A stretch of 59,427 nt of DNA, counting the filler. It is 3 parts of 3 records of this genome, joined end to end, with 100 filler letters (N's around TTAATTAATTAA, not from the genome) between each part and the next. Parts side by side here need not be neighbours in the genome. Positions count along the whole stretch, not along the records: positions 26,502 to 36,165 come from DRR723986_5322; positions 36,266 to 59,427 come from DRR723986_5326; 1 more part is not named here. The stretch is one strand, 5' to 3'. Position numbers and translations under genes: made by a program. Shown here piece by piece: positions 31,156-40,474 of the stretch. The notes under the pieces are model-generated. The model did no database searches. It was not told where the DNA came from and saw only the letters and a list, made by a program, of their open reading frames with translations. The stretch's first letter is position 1; every line of letters starts with the position of its first letter.

Positions 31156-31917
31156 CTAAAGTTCGGCCCGCGGGCGGCGGCTGAAGGTGACATCGCGCAA
31201 AGTCACCTGATTCATCTCGGGGCCCTCAAAGATCAGATCTAGCCACGCCTGTTCCACCCGCTTTTCGATTAACTTTGTATAGGCCAGGTCAAATTCGACA
31301 CTGGTTTCGCTGTTGCCCAATGGCAGTTCACGCACAATCTGTTCGGTGTTTGGGCCGTGGCGCACGTTAAGGCGGGCGAAAATTTCCAGCGGCCGTTCGG
31401 TTTCCACCACCATATCCACCCGCATCAGATGCCGGCGCTGCAGGCCCTCTACCGCCTCTTTGGGCAGATCCACCACCACCGACAAGAAAGACCCGTCAAA
31501 GCGAAACACATCCATCCGCAGGCCAAAGGGGGCCAGATCCTCGGCACGGGTATTGCGCAATTGCCGCAAGCTTAGTTCAGACAGGCGGCAATCGTGAAAG
31601 AGCGTCACCTCGTCGCCCAGCATGGTTTTGCTTTCGACCGCAACCAGCCCCGGCGTGGGCAGGCCCGCACGCCACAGCTGCGGGCGCCATGCCCAATCGG
31701 CATTGGCTGGTTTACGAAAGGCGTTCGATCCGATGGCCGGCAGCGCAAGGCGGCTTTCGGCGGTAAAAATAAACTCGCTCAATTGATGGCGCAGCGCCCG
31801 GGCCCGGCCACGCTGTGTGCGCAGCTGCGCCAGGGGCACAGCACCGGCACCACGCGCGGCCCGCGACCAGCGCGCCAAAGACGCGCGATAGACCAATTCT
31901 GTTATAAATCGCATCAC
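31156..31917 (-). CDS. DUF6478 family protein
   Basis: DWAWRP.LW, LFHDC, MDVFRFDGSFLS, RLNVRHGPNTEQ, EFDLAY, SRRPRAEL. Confidence 0.75.
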   Translation of the reverse strand: MMRFITELVYRASLARWSRAARGAGAVPLAQLRTQRGRARALRHQLSEFIFTAESRLALPAIGSNAFRKPANADWAWRPQLWRAGLPTPGLVAVESKTMLGDEVTLFHDCRLSELSLRQLRNTRAEDLAPFGLRMDVFRFDGSFLSVVVDLPKEAVEGLQRRHLMRVDMVVETERPLEIFARLNVRHGPNTEQIVRELPLGNSETSVEFDLAYTKLIEKRVEQAWLDLIFEGPEMNQVTLRDVTFSRRPRAEL

Positions 31918-32006
31918 TCAAAACCCAGTCACTGGCACAAACATCCGCGAGTCGGCCCCAGACTAAGCCGGTTTTCACCCGGGCACACCCCCAAACCGCA
32001 GCCACG

Positions 32007-32714
32007 CTACAGGGTTTCGGCACCATCTGCGTTTTCATCCGTGGCCGAGGCGGGGCGTTGCGGGGTGGCGGCGCGGATATCATCGATCAGCTGCATCACC
32101 ACGCGCCGCCCTGCCACACCCGCAAGCGGGCTGTTTTCAGGGCCATAAAGCGCCACGCCCACCACACGGGCATTCACCACAAAAAGCGCCCGCCAAAACA
32201 GTGCGGGCCTTTGCCCGGCCTCGGCGCCCGGGCCTGCGCGCAGCAAGATTGCATCGGGTGCGGCATCCACCAATTCCGCCCCCAGGCTGCCAGCCAGCGC
32301 TGCGGCATCGGGCAGGCCGGCCACCTGTGGCCCTGACACAGATACAGAAATAACACCGGGTTCGGCGCGCTGGGGCAATGGATAGCCTGACAGGCTTTCG
32401 CAGCTGGCGATCAGGGCAAAATTGCCCCCCTGTTCGCCCCCCTGTTGCGATGGGGCAGACAGGCTATCGGCATCAACACAATACCCACCCGAGGGGCGCA
32501 GCACCACATCACCCCCCGCCAATACCGCCTGCAGGCGCGCATCGCCTGAAATTTCGGGGGCGCTCATACAGCCCGCCAGCGCCAAGGCCAGCCCCCCAAA
32601 GGCCGCGCCAATGCGCAGCTTTGGCACCAGCCAAGGGGGCAAGGCATGCCCTAAACGGCCAGCGGCGGGGGTTGCCCCCCGCCGCCTGCATCTATCAAAG
32701 ATCCATGTAGACAT
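32007..32714 (-). CDS. Putative lipoprotein, unknown function
   Basis: Lipobox LALAGC, then PSGGYCVD and FALIASC; overlaps ilvD 3' end; start uncertain. Confidence 0.65.
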   Translation of the reverse strand: MSTWIFDRCRRRGATPAAGRLGHALPPWLVPKLRIGAAFGGLALALAGCMSAPEISGDARLQAVLAGGDVVLRPSGGYCVDADSLSAPSQQGGEQGGNFALIASCESLSGYPLPQRAEPGVISVSVSGPQVAGLPDAAALAGSLGAELVDAAPDAILLRAGPGAEAGQRPALFWRALFVVNARVVGVALYGPENSPLAGVAGRRVVMQLIDDIRAATPQRPASATDENADGAETL

Positions 32715-34452
32715 GCCGTTCAGCTTGGCCACCCGGGTGGGTAACTGCGCCTTTGTAGGTTTCGCCAACCAACTGGGCATACTTCCACAGCGCGCCCGAG
32801 GCATAGATGGTTTCACGCGGGCCTTTCCAATTGGCTTTGCGCGCGGCCAGTTCTTCGTCGCTCAGCGCAACCGACAATTCGCCGGTGACTGCGTTGATCG
32901 TGATCATATCGCCATTTTCCAGCAGGGCGATCGGGCCGCCATGGGCCGCCTCGGGGCCAACATGGCCCACGCAGAAGCCGCGCGTTGCGCCCGAGAAACG
33001 GCCATCGGTGATCAGCGCCACCTTCTTGCCCATGCCCTGGCCAGACAGCGCCGCGGTGGTGGCCAGCATCTCGCGCATGCCGGGGCCGCCTGCGGGGCCT
33101 TCGTTGCGGATGACGATCACTTCGCCCTCTTTATACTCGCGCGCTTTCACAGCGGCAAAGGCGTCTTCCTCGCATTCAAACACACGGGCCGGGCCGGTGA
33201 AAACCTGATGCTCGGGCGCGATACCTGCCACTTTTACAATTGCGCCTTGCGGGGCCAGGTTGCCCTTTAGGCCCACAACGCCGCCGGTTTTGGTGATCGG
33301 GGTTTCGATGGGGTAGATCACGCGGCCATCGGCCTCGCGTTCGATCATGTCGATTTCTTCGCCGATGCTACGGCCTGTTGCGGTGATGCAATCCTCGTGG
33401 ATCAGCCCTGCCTTGCGCAGCTCTTTCATCACCACAGGCACGCCACCTGCATCGTAAAGATCCTTGGCAACATAATCGCCACCAGGCTTGAGGTTTACGA
33501 AATAGGGCGTGTCGCGGAAAATCTCGCAGACATCTTCCAGGAAAAACTCGATCCCCGCCTCATGGGCGATGGCGGGCAGGTGCAGGCCGGCATTGGTGGA
33601 CCCGCCGGTGCAGGCCACAACACGGGCCGCATTTTCCAGGCTTTGGCGTGTCACGATATCGCGGGCGCGGATGTTTCTTTCCAGCAGCGTCATCACCGCA
33701 CGGCCCGAGGCCTCGGCATATTGATCGCGCGATTCATAGGGCGCGGGCATGCCGCTGGAATTCATCAGCGCAAGGCCGATCGCCTCGGATACGCAGGCCA
33801 TGGTGTTGGCGGTAAACTGGCCGCCACAGGCCCCAGCCGACGGGCAGGCCACGCGTTCCAGCATATCCAGCGCCTTATCCGACATCTGCGCATTCTGGTG
33901 CCAGCCGACCGCTTCGAACATGTCTTGCACCGTCAAATCGCGCGAGCGGAAATCTTCGGGGATTTCTTGCACTTGCGGTGCTTTGCCTGGCAGGATCGAG
34001 CCACCATAGATAAAGACCGAGGGCACATTCAGGCGCACCATGGCCATCATCATGCCGGGCAGCGATTTATCACAGCCCGCCAAGCCCACAATCGCGTCAT
34101 AGCAATGGCCGCGCATTGTCAGTTCTACGGTGTCGGCAATCGCCTCGCGCGAGGCCAGCGAGCTGCGCATGCCCTCGTGGCCCATGGCAATACCATCGGT
34201 GACAGTGATGGTGGTAAATTCACGCGGTGTGCCCAGCGCCTGTTTCACACCCATCTTGACGGCCTGCGCCTGACGGTTCAGCGAAATGTTACAGGGCGCC
34301 GCCTCGTTCCAGCAGGTGGCCACACCCACCAAAGGCTGGTGAATTTCTTCCTCGGTCATGCCCATCGCATAGTAATAAGACCGATGCGGTGCGCGTTCGG
34401 GCCCTTCGGTCACATGTCGGCTGGGCAACTTGGATTTATCAAATTTCGTCAT
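32695..34452 (-). CDS. ilvD: Dihydroxy-acid dehydratase
   Basis: [49 protein letters not shown]. Confidence 0.98.
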   Translation of the reverse strand: MTKFDKSKLPSRHVTEGPERAPHRSYYYAMGMTEEEIHQPLVGVATCWNEAAPCNISLNRQAQAVKMGVKQALGTPREFTTITVTDGIAMGHEGMRSSLASREAIADTVELTMRGHCYDAIVGLAGCDKSLPGMMMAMVRLNVPSVFIYGGSILPGKAPQVQEIPEDFRSRDLTVQDMFEAVGWHQNAQMSDKALDMLERVACPSAGACGGQFTANTMACVSEAIGLALMNSSGMPAPYESRDQYAEASGRAVMTLLERNIRARDIVTRQSLENAARVVACTGGSTNAGLHLPAIAHEAGIEFFLEDVCEIFRDTPYFVNLKPGGDYVAKDLYDAGGVPVVMKELRKAGLIHEDCITATGRSIGEEIDMIEREADGRVIYPIETPITKTGGVVGLKGNLAPQGAIVKVAGIAPEHQVFTGPARVFECEEDAFAAVKAREYKEGEVIVIRNEGPAGGPGMREMLATTAALSGQGMGKKVALITDGRFSGATRGFCVGHVGPEAAHGGPIALLENGDMITINAVTGELSVALSDEELAARKANWKGPRETIYASGALWKYAQLVGETYKGAVTHPGGQAERHVYMDL

Positions 34453-34634
34453 GGCGGCCTCCGCAAGAAGAATGTTGCGTGAAGAAATAGAGAAGGGCTG
34501 GCAAAGTCACAAGGCGTTTCGCGCGAAAAGGTATACCAAACTGCGCCCCCCTGGCCGGCATAGGGCGCGGGCTGGCGCAAAGGCCTGGCCTGCGCTATGA
34601 CACCCCTACCCGCCGCCCCTTGTCAGGACAGATC

Positions 34635-35531
34635 ATGGCCTACGCGCCCCATGCCCGTTTTGTTGCCCCGGCACTGGCCGCAGCCGATCTGCCGCGTCTG
34701 GCCTTTGGCGTTGTGGCCATCGAGGGGCTTTATAAACTGTTTTTAATGGGGTTCGAACAGGGGCTAGATGCCACCCCCGGCTTTTCGGCGCATATGATGT
34801 GGTATGCCAACACCGCCACAGGCCTGCTGTTGCAGCTGTTCAGCTTTGTGTTCTTGGCGCTTGCGGTGGTGCTGGTGGCGCGGCTGGGCCATCGCCGTGG
34901 CCTGGCCAGCCTGATCGGCCCCATCGGCCCCAGCCTGCGGGCGCTGGCATGGGCGTTTGGGGCGGTGCTGCTGTTTTTCGCCCTAACCGAATTGCTGCCC
35001 CCCTATTGGATGGGCGAGGGCCAGGCAGTGGCGCGCACGCCGCTGTACTGGCTGGCGCTTTTGCCGCTGTCGCTGCTTGCTTTGCTGGTGCAATGCGGCG
35101 CAGAAGAGCTGTTTTATCGCGGCTATATCCAGCAACAGCTGGCGGCGCGCTTTGCCCGGCCGTGGGTGTGGATGGTGCTGCCCAATATCGCTTTTGCCCT
35201 TGCCCATTGGGAGCTGGGCGATTTCACGCCCCCTGCGGCGCAATATGTGATCTGGGCCTTTGTCTTTGGCGTGGCGGCCAGCGATTTAACCGCGCGCACC
35301 GGCAATCTGGGGGCGGCCATTGGGTTTCATCTGGGCAATAATGCCTATGCGTTTTTGCTATTTAGCGAATACGCCGCCCCAGATTCAGGCCTGGCGCTGT
35401 TTGTATTTCCCAGCGGCGCCTTGGGCGATGCGCTGCTGGATGAGGCGCCGCTGTTCACCACCGCCTTCACCACGGAATTGGCCGGCGTCGGCCTGATGTG
35501 GCTGGCCGTGCGGCTGGTGCTGCGGCGCTGA
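34635..35531 (+). CDS. CPBP (CAAX/Abi) family intramembrane glutamic endopeptidase
   Basis: AEELFYRGY, FALAH, AIGFHLGNN; multi-TM; CAGGA RBS. Confidence 0.88.
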   Translation: MAYAPHARFVAPALAAADLPRLAFGVVAIEGLYKLFLMGFEQGLDATPGFSAHMMWYANTATGLLLQLFSFVFLALAVVLVARLGHRRGLASLIGPIGPSLRALAWAFGAVLLFFALTELLPPYWMGEGQAVARTPLYWLALLPLSLLALLVQCGAEELFYRGYIQQQLAARFARPWVWMVLPNIAFALAHWELGDFTPPAAQYVIWAFVFGVAASDLTARTGNLGAAIGFHLGNNAYAFLLFSEYAAPDSGLALFVFPSGALGDALLDEAPLFTTAFTTELAGVGLMWLAVRLVLRR

Positions 35532-35591
35532 TTGCAATTGCTGGCGCTGGGTCTTATTTGGGGTTGAGCAAAAATATCAGGGGGCCGCGGA

Positions 35592-36165
35592 ATGAACTGG
35601 ATCACCAACTATGTCCGCCCACGCATAAATTCGATTTTTTCGCGCCGCGAGGTGCCTGAAAACCTGTGGAGCAAATGCGATGAATGCGGCACCATGCTGT
35701 TTCACCGCGAGCTGAAAGACAATCTGAACGTCTGCACCTCGTGCGGGCATCACATGGCCATCACCCCCCGCGACCGGTTCAAAGCGCTGTTTGATGGCGG
35801 CATTTTCACCGAAGTTGACGTGCCCGAACCCCTAGCCGACCCGCTGCAATTTCGCGATCAAAAGAAATACCCCGACCGGATGAAAGCCGCGCTGAAACAG
35901 ACCGGCGAGAAAGAGGCCATGCTGGTGGCCGCAGGCGAAATTGGCCGCACGCCTATTGTGGCCGCAGCCCAGGATTTCAGCTTTATGGGCGGGTCGATGG
36001 GCATGTATGTGGGCAATGCCATCATCGCCGCGGCGCAAGAGGCGGTGAAATTGAAACGCCCCTTGGTGCTGTTTTCCGCAGCCGGTGGCGCGCGTATGCA
36101 AGAGGGCATTCTTTCGCTGATGCAGATGCCGCGCACCACCGTGGCTGTGCAAATGCTGAAAGAGG
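35592..36165 (+). CDS. accD: Acetyl-CoA carboxylase carboxyltransferase beta, 3'-truncated
   Basis: MNWITNYVRPRI, C4 zinc finger, FMGGSMG, GGARMQEG. Confidence 0.97.
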
Positions 36166-36265
36166 NNNNNNNNNNNNNNNNNNNNNNNNNNNNNNNNNNN
36201 NNNNNNNNNTTAATTAATTAANNNNNNNNNNNNNNNNNNNNNNNNNNNNNNNNNNNNNNNNNNNN
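36166..36265. other. Artificial contig spacer
   Basis: 44 N + TTAATTAATTAA (36210-36221) + 44 N. Confidence 0.98.
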
Positions 36266-36574
36266 TTCGATTACGCCGTTGATGTTGCCAACGTTCACAG
36301 CAAAGCCACCGTAGGTCAGGCCAAAGCGAACGCCGTTGCCGCCGTTGCCAACTGCGTTTTCCTCAGTCTGGAAACGCTGACGAGCATTCAGGCCAACACC
36401 TGCGTCGGTGGTGGTGCTTACGTCGGCTTGCATACGGAAACGCGATGCCACGGTGGTGGTATCAGCAGCTTCGTTGTAGACGGCACCAAAACGTGCGTAG
36501 CCCGACAGGTTTACATCAGCAGCTGCAACGCCAGCGGTGGCGACGAGTGCGGTCGTAGCGATAAGGATTTTGTT
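36266..36574 (-). pseudogene. Rhodobacteraceae-type porin, 5' part, lacking start codon (silent copy or pseudogene); truncated by contig end
   Basis: NKILIATTALVATAGVAAA-DVNLSGYARFGAVY...SRFRMQ..S.TTDAGVGL is a porin signal peptide plus first strands; the preceding in-frame codon is TAA (36577-36575). Confidence 0.75.
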
Positions 36575-36727
36575 TTATCCCGCTATGGGCGAGTGTGCCC
36601 TTGGCTCATTTGTCAGATTTCCGGCGATCTGGCGAAAACGGAATTGAACCCTGGGTCCAGCGCCTTAGGTAAGGGCAGAGCGGTGCACCCTGTTATGGGT
36701 GCGATTCAGGCCAAGGCGAGCAAACCG

Positions 36728-37219
36728 ATGAAAAGCGAATTTCTGCAAGCAATGTCAAAGGCGGCCAACTCTGTGTGTGTTGTCACCACAGATGGCATTG
36801 GCGGCAAGGCGGGCATGACGGTTTCAGCCATGACATCGGTATCGGTCGATACGCCGCGCCCCTCGCTTTTGGTGTGCATTCACGGGCAGGCCTCGGCCTG
36901 TGATGCCATTCGCACCAATCGCGCCTTTTGCGCCAATTTGCTGGCCGAAGACCAGGCCGCCATTTCCGACAGTTTCGCCGGGCGCACCGGCAAAAAGGGC
37001 GCCGAGCGGTTCGATTGCGCCAGCTGGCACGCGGCTGTCACCGGCAGCCCGGTGCTGGATAACCCGCTGGCCGCCTTTGATTGCACGCTGGTGCATGACA
37101 TTTTGGTAGGCTCGCACCGCATTTTTGTGGGCGAGGTCGAGGCAGTGCGCGTGGCCGAAACCGGCGCGCCGCTGATCTACTTTGATCGCCAATACGCCCG
37201 GGCCACGCCGCAGGGCTAG
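36728..37219 (+). CDS. Flavin reductase (HpaC/RutF-like)
   Basis: FLQAMS..ANSVCVVTT, GMTVSAMTSVS, PSLLVC, GSHRIFVGEV, PLIY. Confidence 0.92.
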   Translation: MKSEFLQAMSKAANSVCVVTTDGIGGKAGMTVSAMTSVSVDTPRPSLLVCIHGQASACDAIRTNRAFCANLLAEDQAAISDSFAGRTGKKGAERFDCASWHAAVTGSPVLDNPLAAFDCTLVHDILVGSHRIFVGEVEAVRVAETGAPLIYFDRQYARATPQG

Positions 37220-37342
37220 GGCCTAGCGCGCCAGGGCTGGGGCATTATTTGATCAAATCGCCTCTGGCGAAACCCGCGGCTATGCGCCAATATCGCGCGC
37301 AAACGGGGTGCTGGGCGCCCCACCCACGGGAAAGGATAAACG

Positions 37343-38728
37343 ATGACGACCCCGCTTTCCAACTCGCTGCATCACGCCGATATCAGCACCACCCTGCACC
37401 CCTATACCGATGCCCGCAAACACGAGGCACAGGGCCCGCTGGTTATTGACCGCGGCGAAGGGATCTATGTGTATGACAGCACCGGCAAGCAATATATCGA
37501 GGGCCTGGCGGGCCTGTGGTCGGTTGCCGTGGGCTTTAGCCAGCCCCGCCTGCGCGAGGCCGCAGCGCGCCAGATGGATAAGCTGCCCTATTACCATACC
37601 TTTGCCCATAAGGCGCACGAGCCCTCGATCAAGCTGGCCGAAAAGCTGGTAGAAATGACACCCGAAAACCTGACGCGGGTGTTTTACACCTCGTCCGGAT
37701 CCGAGGCGAATGACACCGTTGTTAAGATGGTGTGGTATATGAACAATGCGCTGGGGCGGCCTGAAAAGAAAAAATTTCTGGCCCGTATCAAAGGCTATCA
37801 CGGCATCACCGTGGCCTCGGGCAGCCTGACGGGCCTGCCTTACAACCACATGAGCTTTGATCTGCCGGCGATTCCCGTCACCCATGTGACCTGCCCGCAT
37901 TTCTACCGCTTTGGCGCCGAGGGCGAAACCGAGGCGCAATTCACCGCCCGCCTGTTGGCCGAGATCGAAGAAACCATCCTGCGCGAGGGCCCCGATACCA
38001 TCGCCGCCTTTATCGGCGAACCGCTGATGGCGGCAGGCGGCGTGATGCCCCCGCCCGAGGGCTATTGGCCCGGTGTCGAGAAAATTTGCCGCAAATATGA
38101 TATCTTGATGGTGGCCGACGAGGTGATCAACGGGTTTGGGCGCTTGGGCAGCGGCTTTGGCGCGGTGCATTACGGCTTTAGCCCCGATATCATGGTCACA
38201 TCAAAGCAGCTGACATCGTCTTATATGCCCCTGGCTGCCATCATGTTCTCGGAAGAGATCTACAATGCCATTGCCGATCACACCCATTCCATCGGCACCT
38301 TTGGCCATGGCTTTACCGCCTCGGGCCACCCGGTGGCCACAGCGGTGGCGCTGGAAAACCTGACAATCATCGAGGAACAAGACCTGATCGGCAATGCCGC
38401 GCGCGTGGGCGTCAGCTTTCAGGCGGGTCTGCGCGCCTATGCCGATCACCCCTTGGTGGGCGAAGTGCGCGGCGCAGGCCTGATTGCCGGGCTGGAACTG
38501 GTGGCCGACAAAACCACCAAGCGCCCGTTTGATAAAATCGGCCAAGTGGGCGGCGCGGCCTTTGGCATTGGCCATGAAGAGGGGCTGATCTGCCGCAATG
38601 TCGGCGATACGCTGGCCCTGTGCCCGCCGCTGATTGTAACCGAGGATCAAACCGCCGAAATCGTGGCGCGCATGGGCCGCATTTTAGATCGCACCTATGA
38701 CTGGGCCAAAGGTGAAGGGCTGGTTTAG
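37343..38728 (+). CDS. Class III PLP-dependent (omega-amino acid/polyamine) aminotransferase
   Basis: AGLWS, SGSEAND, YHG, ADEVINGFGRLG, SKQLTS (PLP Lys), HGFT; AAGGA RBS. Confidence 0.93.
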   Translation: MTTPLSNSLHHADISTTLHPYTDARKHEAQGPLVIDRGEGIYVYDSTGKQYIEGLAGLWSVAVGFSQPRLREAAARQMDKLPYYHTFAHKAHEPSIKLAEKLVEMTPENLTRVFYTSSGSEANDTVVKMVWYMNNALGRPEKKKFLARIKGYHGITVASGSLTGLPYNHMSFDLPAIPVTHVTCPHFYRFGAEGETEAQFTARLLAEIEETILREGPDTIAAFIGEPLMAAGGVMPPPEGYWPGVEKICRKYDILMVADEVINGFGRLGSGFGAVHYGFSPDIMVTSKQLTSSYMPLAAIMFSEEIYNAIADHTHSIGTFGHGFTASGHPVATAVALENLTIIEEQDLIGNAARVGVSFQAGLRAYADHPLVGEVRGAGLIAGLELVADKTTKRPFDKIGQVGGAAFGIGHEEGLICRNVGDTLALCPPLIVTEDQTAEIVARMGRILDRTYDWAKGEGLV

Positions 38729-38755
38729 GCGCTGAATCACCCCGGCAAACACACC

Positions 38756-38783
38756 AAAGCCGCCCAAATGGGCGGCTTTTTTT
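38756..38783 (+). terminator. Rho-independent terminator
   Basis: AAAGCCGCCC-AAAT-GGGCGGCTTT followed by TTTT. Confidence 0.88.
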
Positions 38784-38803
38784 ATGCCCCGTGGTGGCGG
38801 CAG

Positions 38804-38852
38804 TGCCAAAAAATAGGGCGCCTGCAGCACGACAAGCGCCAAAATATCAGGC
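38804..38852. promoter_or_regulatory. Tandem NtrC-like binding sites upstream of urtA
   Basis: TGCC-AAAAAATAG-GGC (38804-19) and CGCC-AAAATATCA-GGC (38837-52) match the Rhodobacter-type YGCC-N9-GGC box. Confidence 0.6.
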
Positions 38853-39116
38853 TTACCCAAAGGAAAGCGCATAAAGTTTACGCAAAATTCCGCATGGCTT
38901 ACAGAAATTTCGGGTTTTCTATGCCGCAGCGCCGAAAAATCAGCCTTTGTGGCGATGCGGCCTTTGCACCTGCAGAAACGCCGCGCGGGGGCACCGCCTG
39001 GAAAACGAAAACCCCCGCACGACAGCAACTTGATAGCTGCGCCCAAAGCCTAGCATGCGCCCCGCCCGGGTTGAAGACGCATCTTGGCGCGGCCAGCCCA
39101 TATAGGGATTTGAACC

Positions 39117-40403
39117 ATGAAATCTGCCTCATTGTTTTCCTCGCTTTCGGTTGTGGCCTTGATGGCCGCCGCCGCACCGGCCGCCGCCCAAGATTGCCCC
39201 ATCAAGGTGGGCGTTTTGCATTCGCTCTCTGGCACAATGGCCATTTCGGAAACCACGCTGAAAGACACCATGCTGATGCTGGTGGACGAGCAGAACAAAA
39301 AAGGCGGCCTGCTGGGCTGCCAGCTAGAGGCTGTGGTGGTAGACCCGGCCAGCGACTGGCCGCTGTTTGCAGAAAAAGCCCGCGAGCTGATCAGCGTGCA
39401 CGAAGTGGACGTGATGTTTGGCAACTGGACATCGGTCAGCCGCAAATCGGTGCTGCCGGTGATCGAAGAATTGAACGGCCTGCTGTTCTATCCAGTGCAA
39501 TACGAGGGCGAAGAAAGCTCGAAAAACGTGTTCTACACAGGGGCTGCGCCAAACCAGCAAGCCATTCCTGCGGTTGATTACTTTTTGCAGGAACTGGGCG
39601 TTGAAAAATTTGCGCTTTTGGGCACCGATTATGTCTACCCCCGCACCACGAACAATATTTTGGAAAGCTACCTGCAATCTAAAGGCATTGCGCCCGAAGA
39701 TATCTTTGTAAACTACACGCCCTTTGGCCATTCCGATTGGGCCACGATTGTGGCCGATGTCAAAGCGCTGGGCGCGGATGGCAAACAGGTAGGTGTGATT
39801 TCCACCATCAATGGCGATGCCAATATCGGCTTTTACAAAGAGCTGGCCGCAGCCGGTGTCAGCGCCGATGATATCCCCGTTGTGGCATTTTCTGTGGGCG
39901 AAGAAGAGCTGTCTGGCCTAGACACCTCGAACCTGGTGGGCCATTTGGCCGCTTGGAACTATTTCATGAGCGCCGATACCCCCGCAAACGCCGAATTTAT
40001 CAAGGCATGGCACGCCTTTATCGGCGATGAAAAGCGCGTCACCAACGACCCGATGGAAGCCCATTACATTGGCTTTAACATGTGGGTAAACGCCGCCACT
40101 GCCGCCGGCACCACCGATGTAGATGCCGTGCGCACCGCCATGTATGGCCAGGAATTCCCCAACCTGACCGGCGGCACCGCCGTGATGCTGCCCAACCACC
40201 ATTTGGCAAAGCCTGTGCTGATTGGCGAAATTCGCGCCGATGGCCAGTTTGACATCATCAGCCAAACCCAGCCGGTGCCAGGCGACGCATGGACAGATTA
40301 CCTGCCAGAAAGCGCCGTGCTGGTCTCGGATTGGAAAGATCTGGGCTGTGGGATGTATAACACCGAAACCAAGACCTGCGTTCAGATCAAATCGAACTAC
40401 TAA
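39117..40403 (+). CDS. urtA: Urea ABC transporter substrate-binding protein
   Basis: IKVGVLHSLSGTMAISE, WTSVSRKSVLP, YPVQYEG, DYVYPRT. Confidence 0.95.
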   Translation: MKSASLFSSLSVVALMAAAAPAAAQDCPIKVGVLHSLSGTMAISETTLKDTMLMLVDEQNKKGGLLGCQLEAVVVDPASDWPLFAEKARELISVHEVDVMFGNWTSVSRKSVLPVIEELNGLLFYPVQYEGEESSKNVFYTGAAPNQQAIPAVDYFLQELGVEKFALLGTDYVYPRTTNNILESYLQSKGIAPEDIFVNYTPFGHSDWATIVADVKALGADGKQVGVISTINGDANIGFYKELAAAGVSADDIPVVAFSVGEEELSGLDTSNLVGHLAAWNYFMSADTPANAEFIKAWHAFIGDEKRVTNDPMEAHYIGFNMWVNAATAAGTTDVDAVRTAMYGQEFPNLTGGTAVMLPNHHLAKPVLIGEIRADGQFDIISQTQPVPGDAWTDYLPESAVLVSDWKDLGCGMYNTETKTCVQIKSNY

Positions 40404-40411
40404 GCAGATCA

Positions 40412-40447
40412 GCAGTGCGGCCATTGCTGCCGCACTGCACCTTTTTT
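40412..40447 (+). terminator. Intergenic hairpin after urtA (partial terminator or mRNA stabiliser)
   Basis: GCAGTGCGGC-N7-GCCGCACTGC followed by ACCTTTTTT. Confidence 0.7.
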
Positions 40448-40474
40448 GAACGTTCTCAAGACAAGGCCGTTTTC

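Noticed and set aside
32424-32446. 12-bp period duplication with C-runs in the lipoprotein gene as a phase-variation tract
   Set aside because: In-frame, only two copies and short homopolymers; not a typical contingency locus.
34635-35531. CPBP/Abi protein as an abortive-infection or bacteriocin-immunity gene
   Set aside because: Sits in a housekeeping context between ilvD and accD; no bacteriocin or defence genes nearby.
36572-36660. Minus-strand words resembling a ykkC/guanidine-I riboswitch (CCAGGGTTC, GCGGGATAAAA) or a tRNA T-loop (GGTTCAATTCC)
   Set aside because: Lacks the GGUCCGAG and GCCCGGGAG elements and the T-stem does not pair; an Infernal/Rfam scan would be needed to revive it.
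36428-36727. 100-aa N-terminal extension on the flavin reductase in the ORF track
   Set aside because: It is the antisense of the porin and intergenic DNA; family similarity starts at ATG 36728.
38950-38968. TGGC...TTGCA as a sigma54 promoter for urtA
   Set aside because: GG-to-GC spacing is 13 nt, not the required 10.
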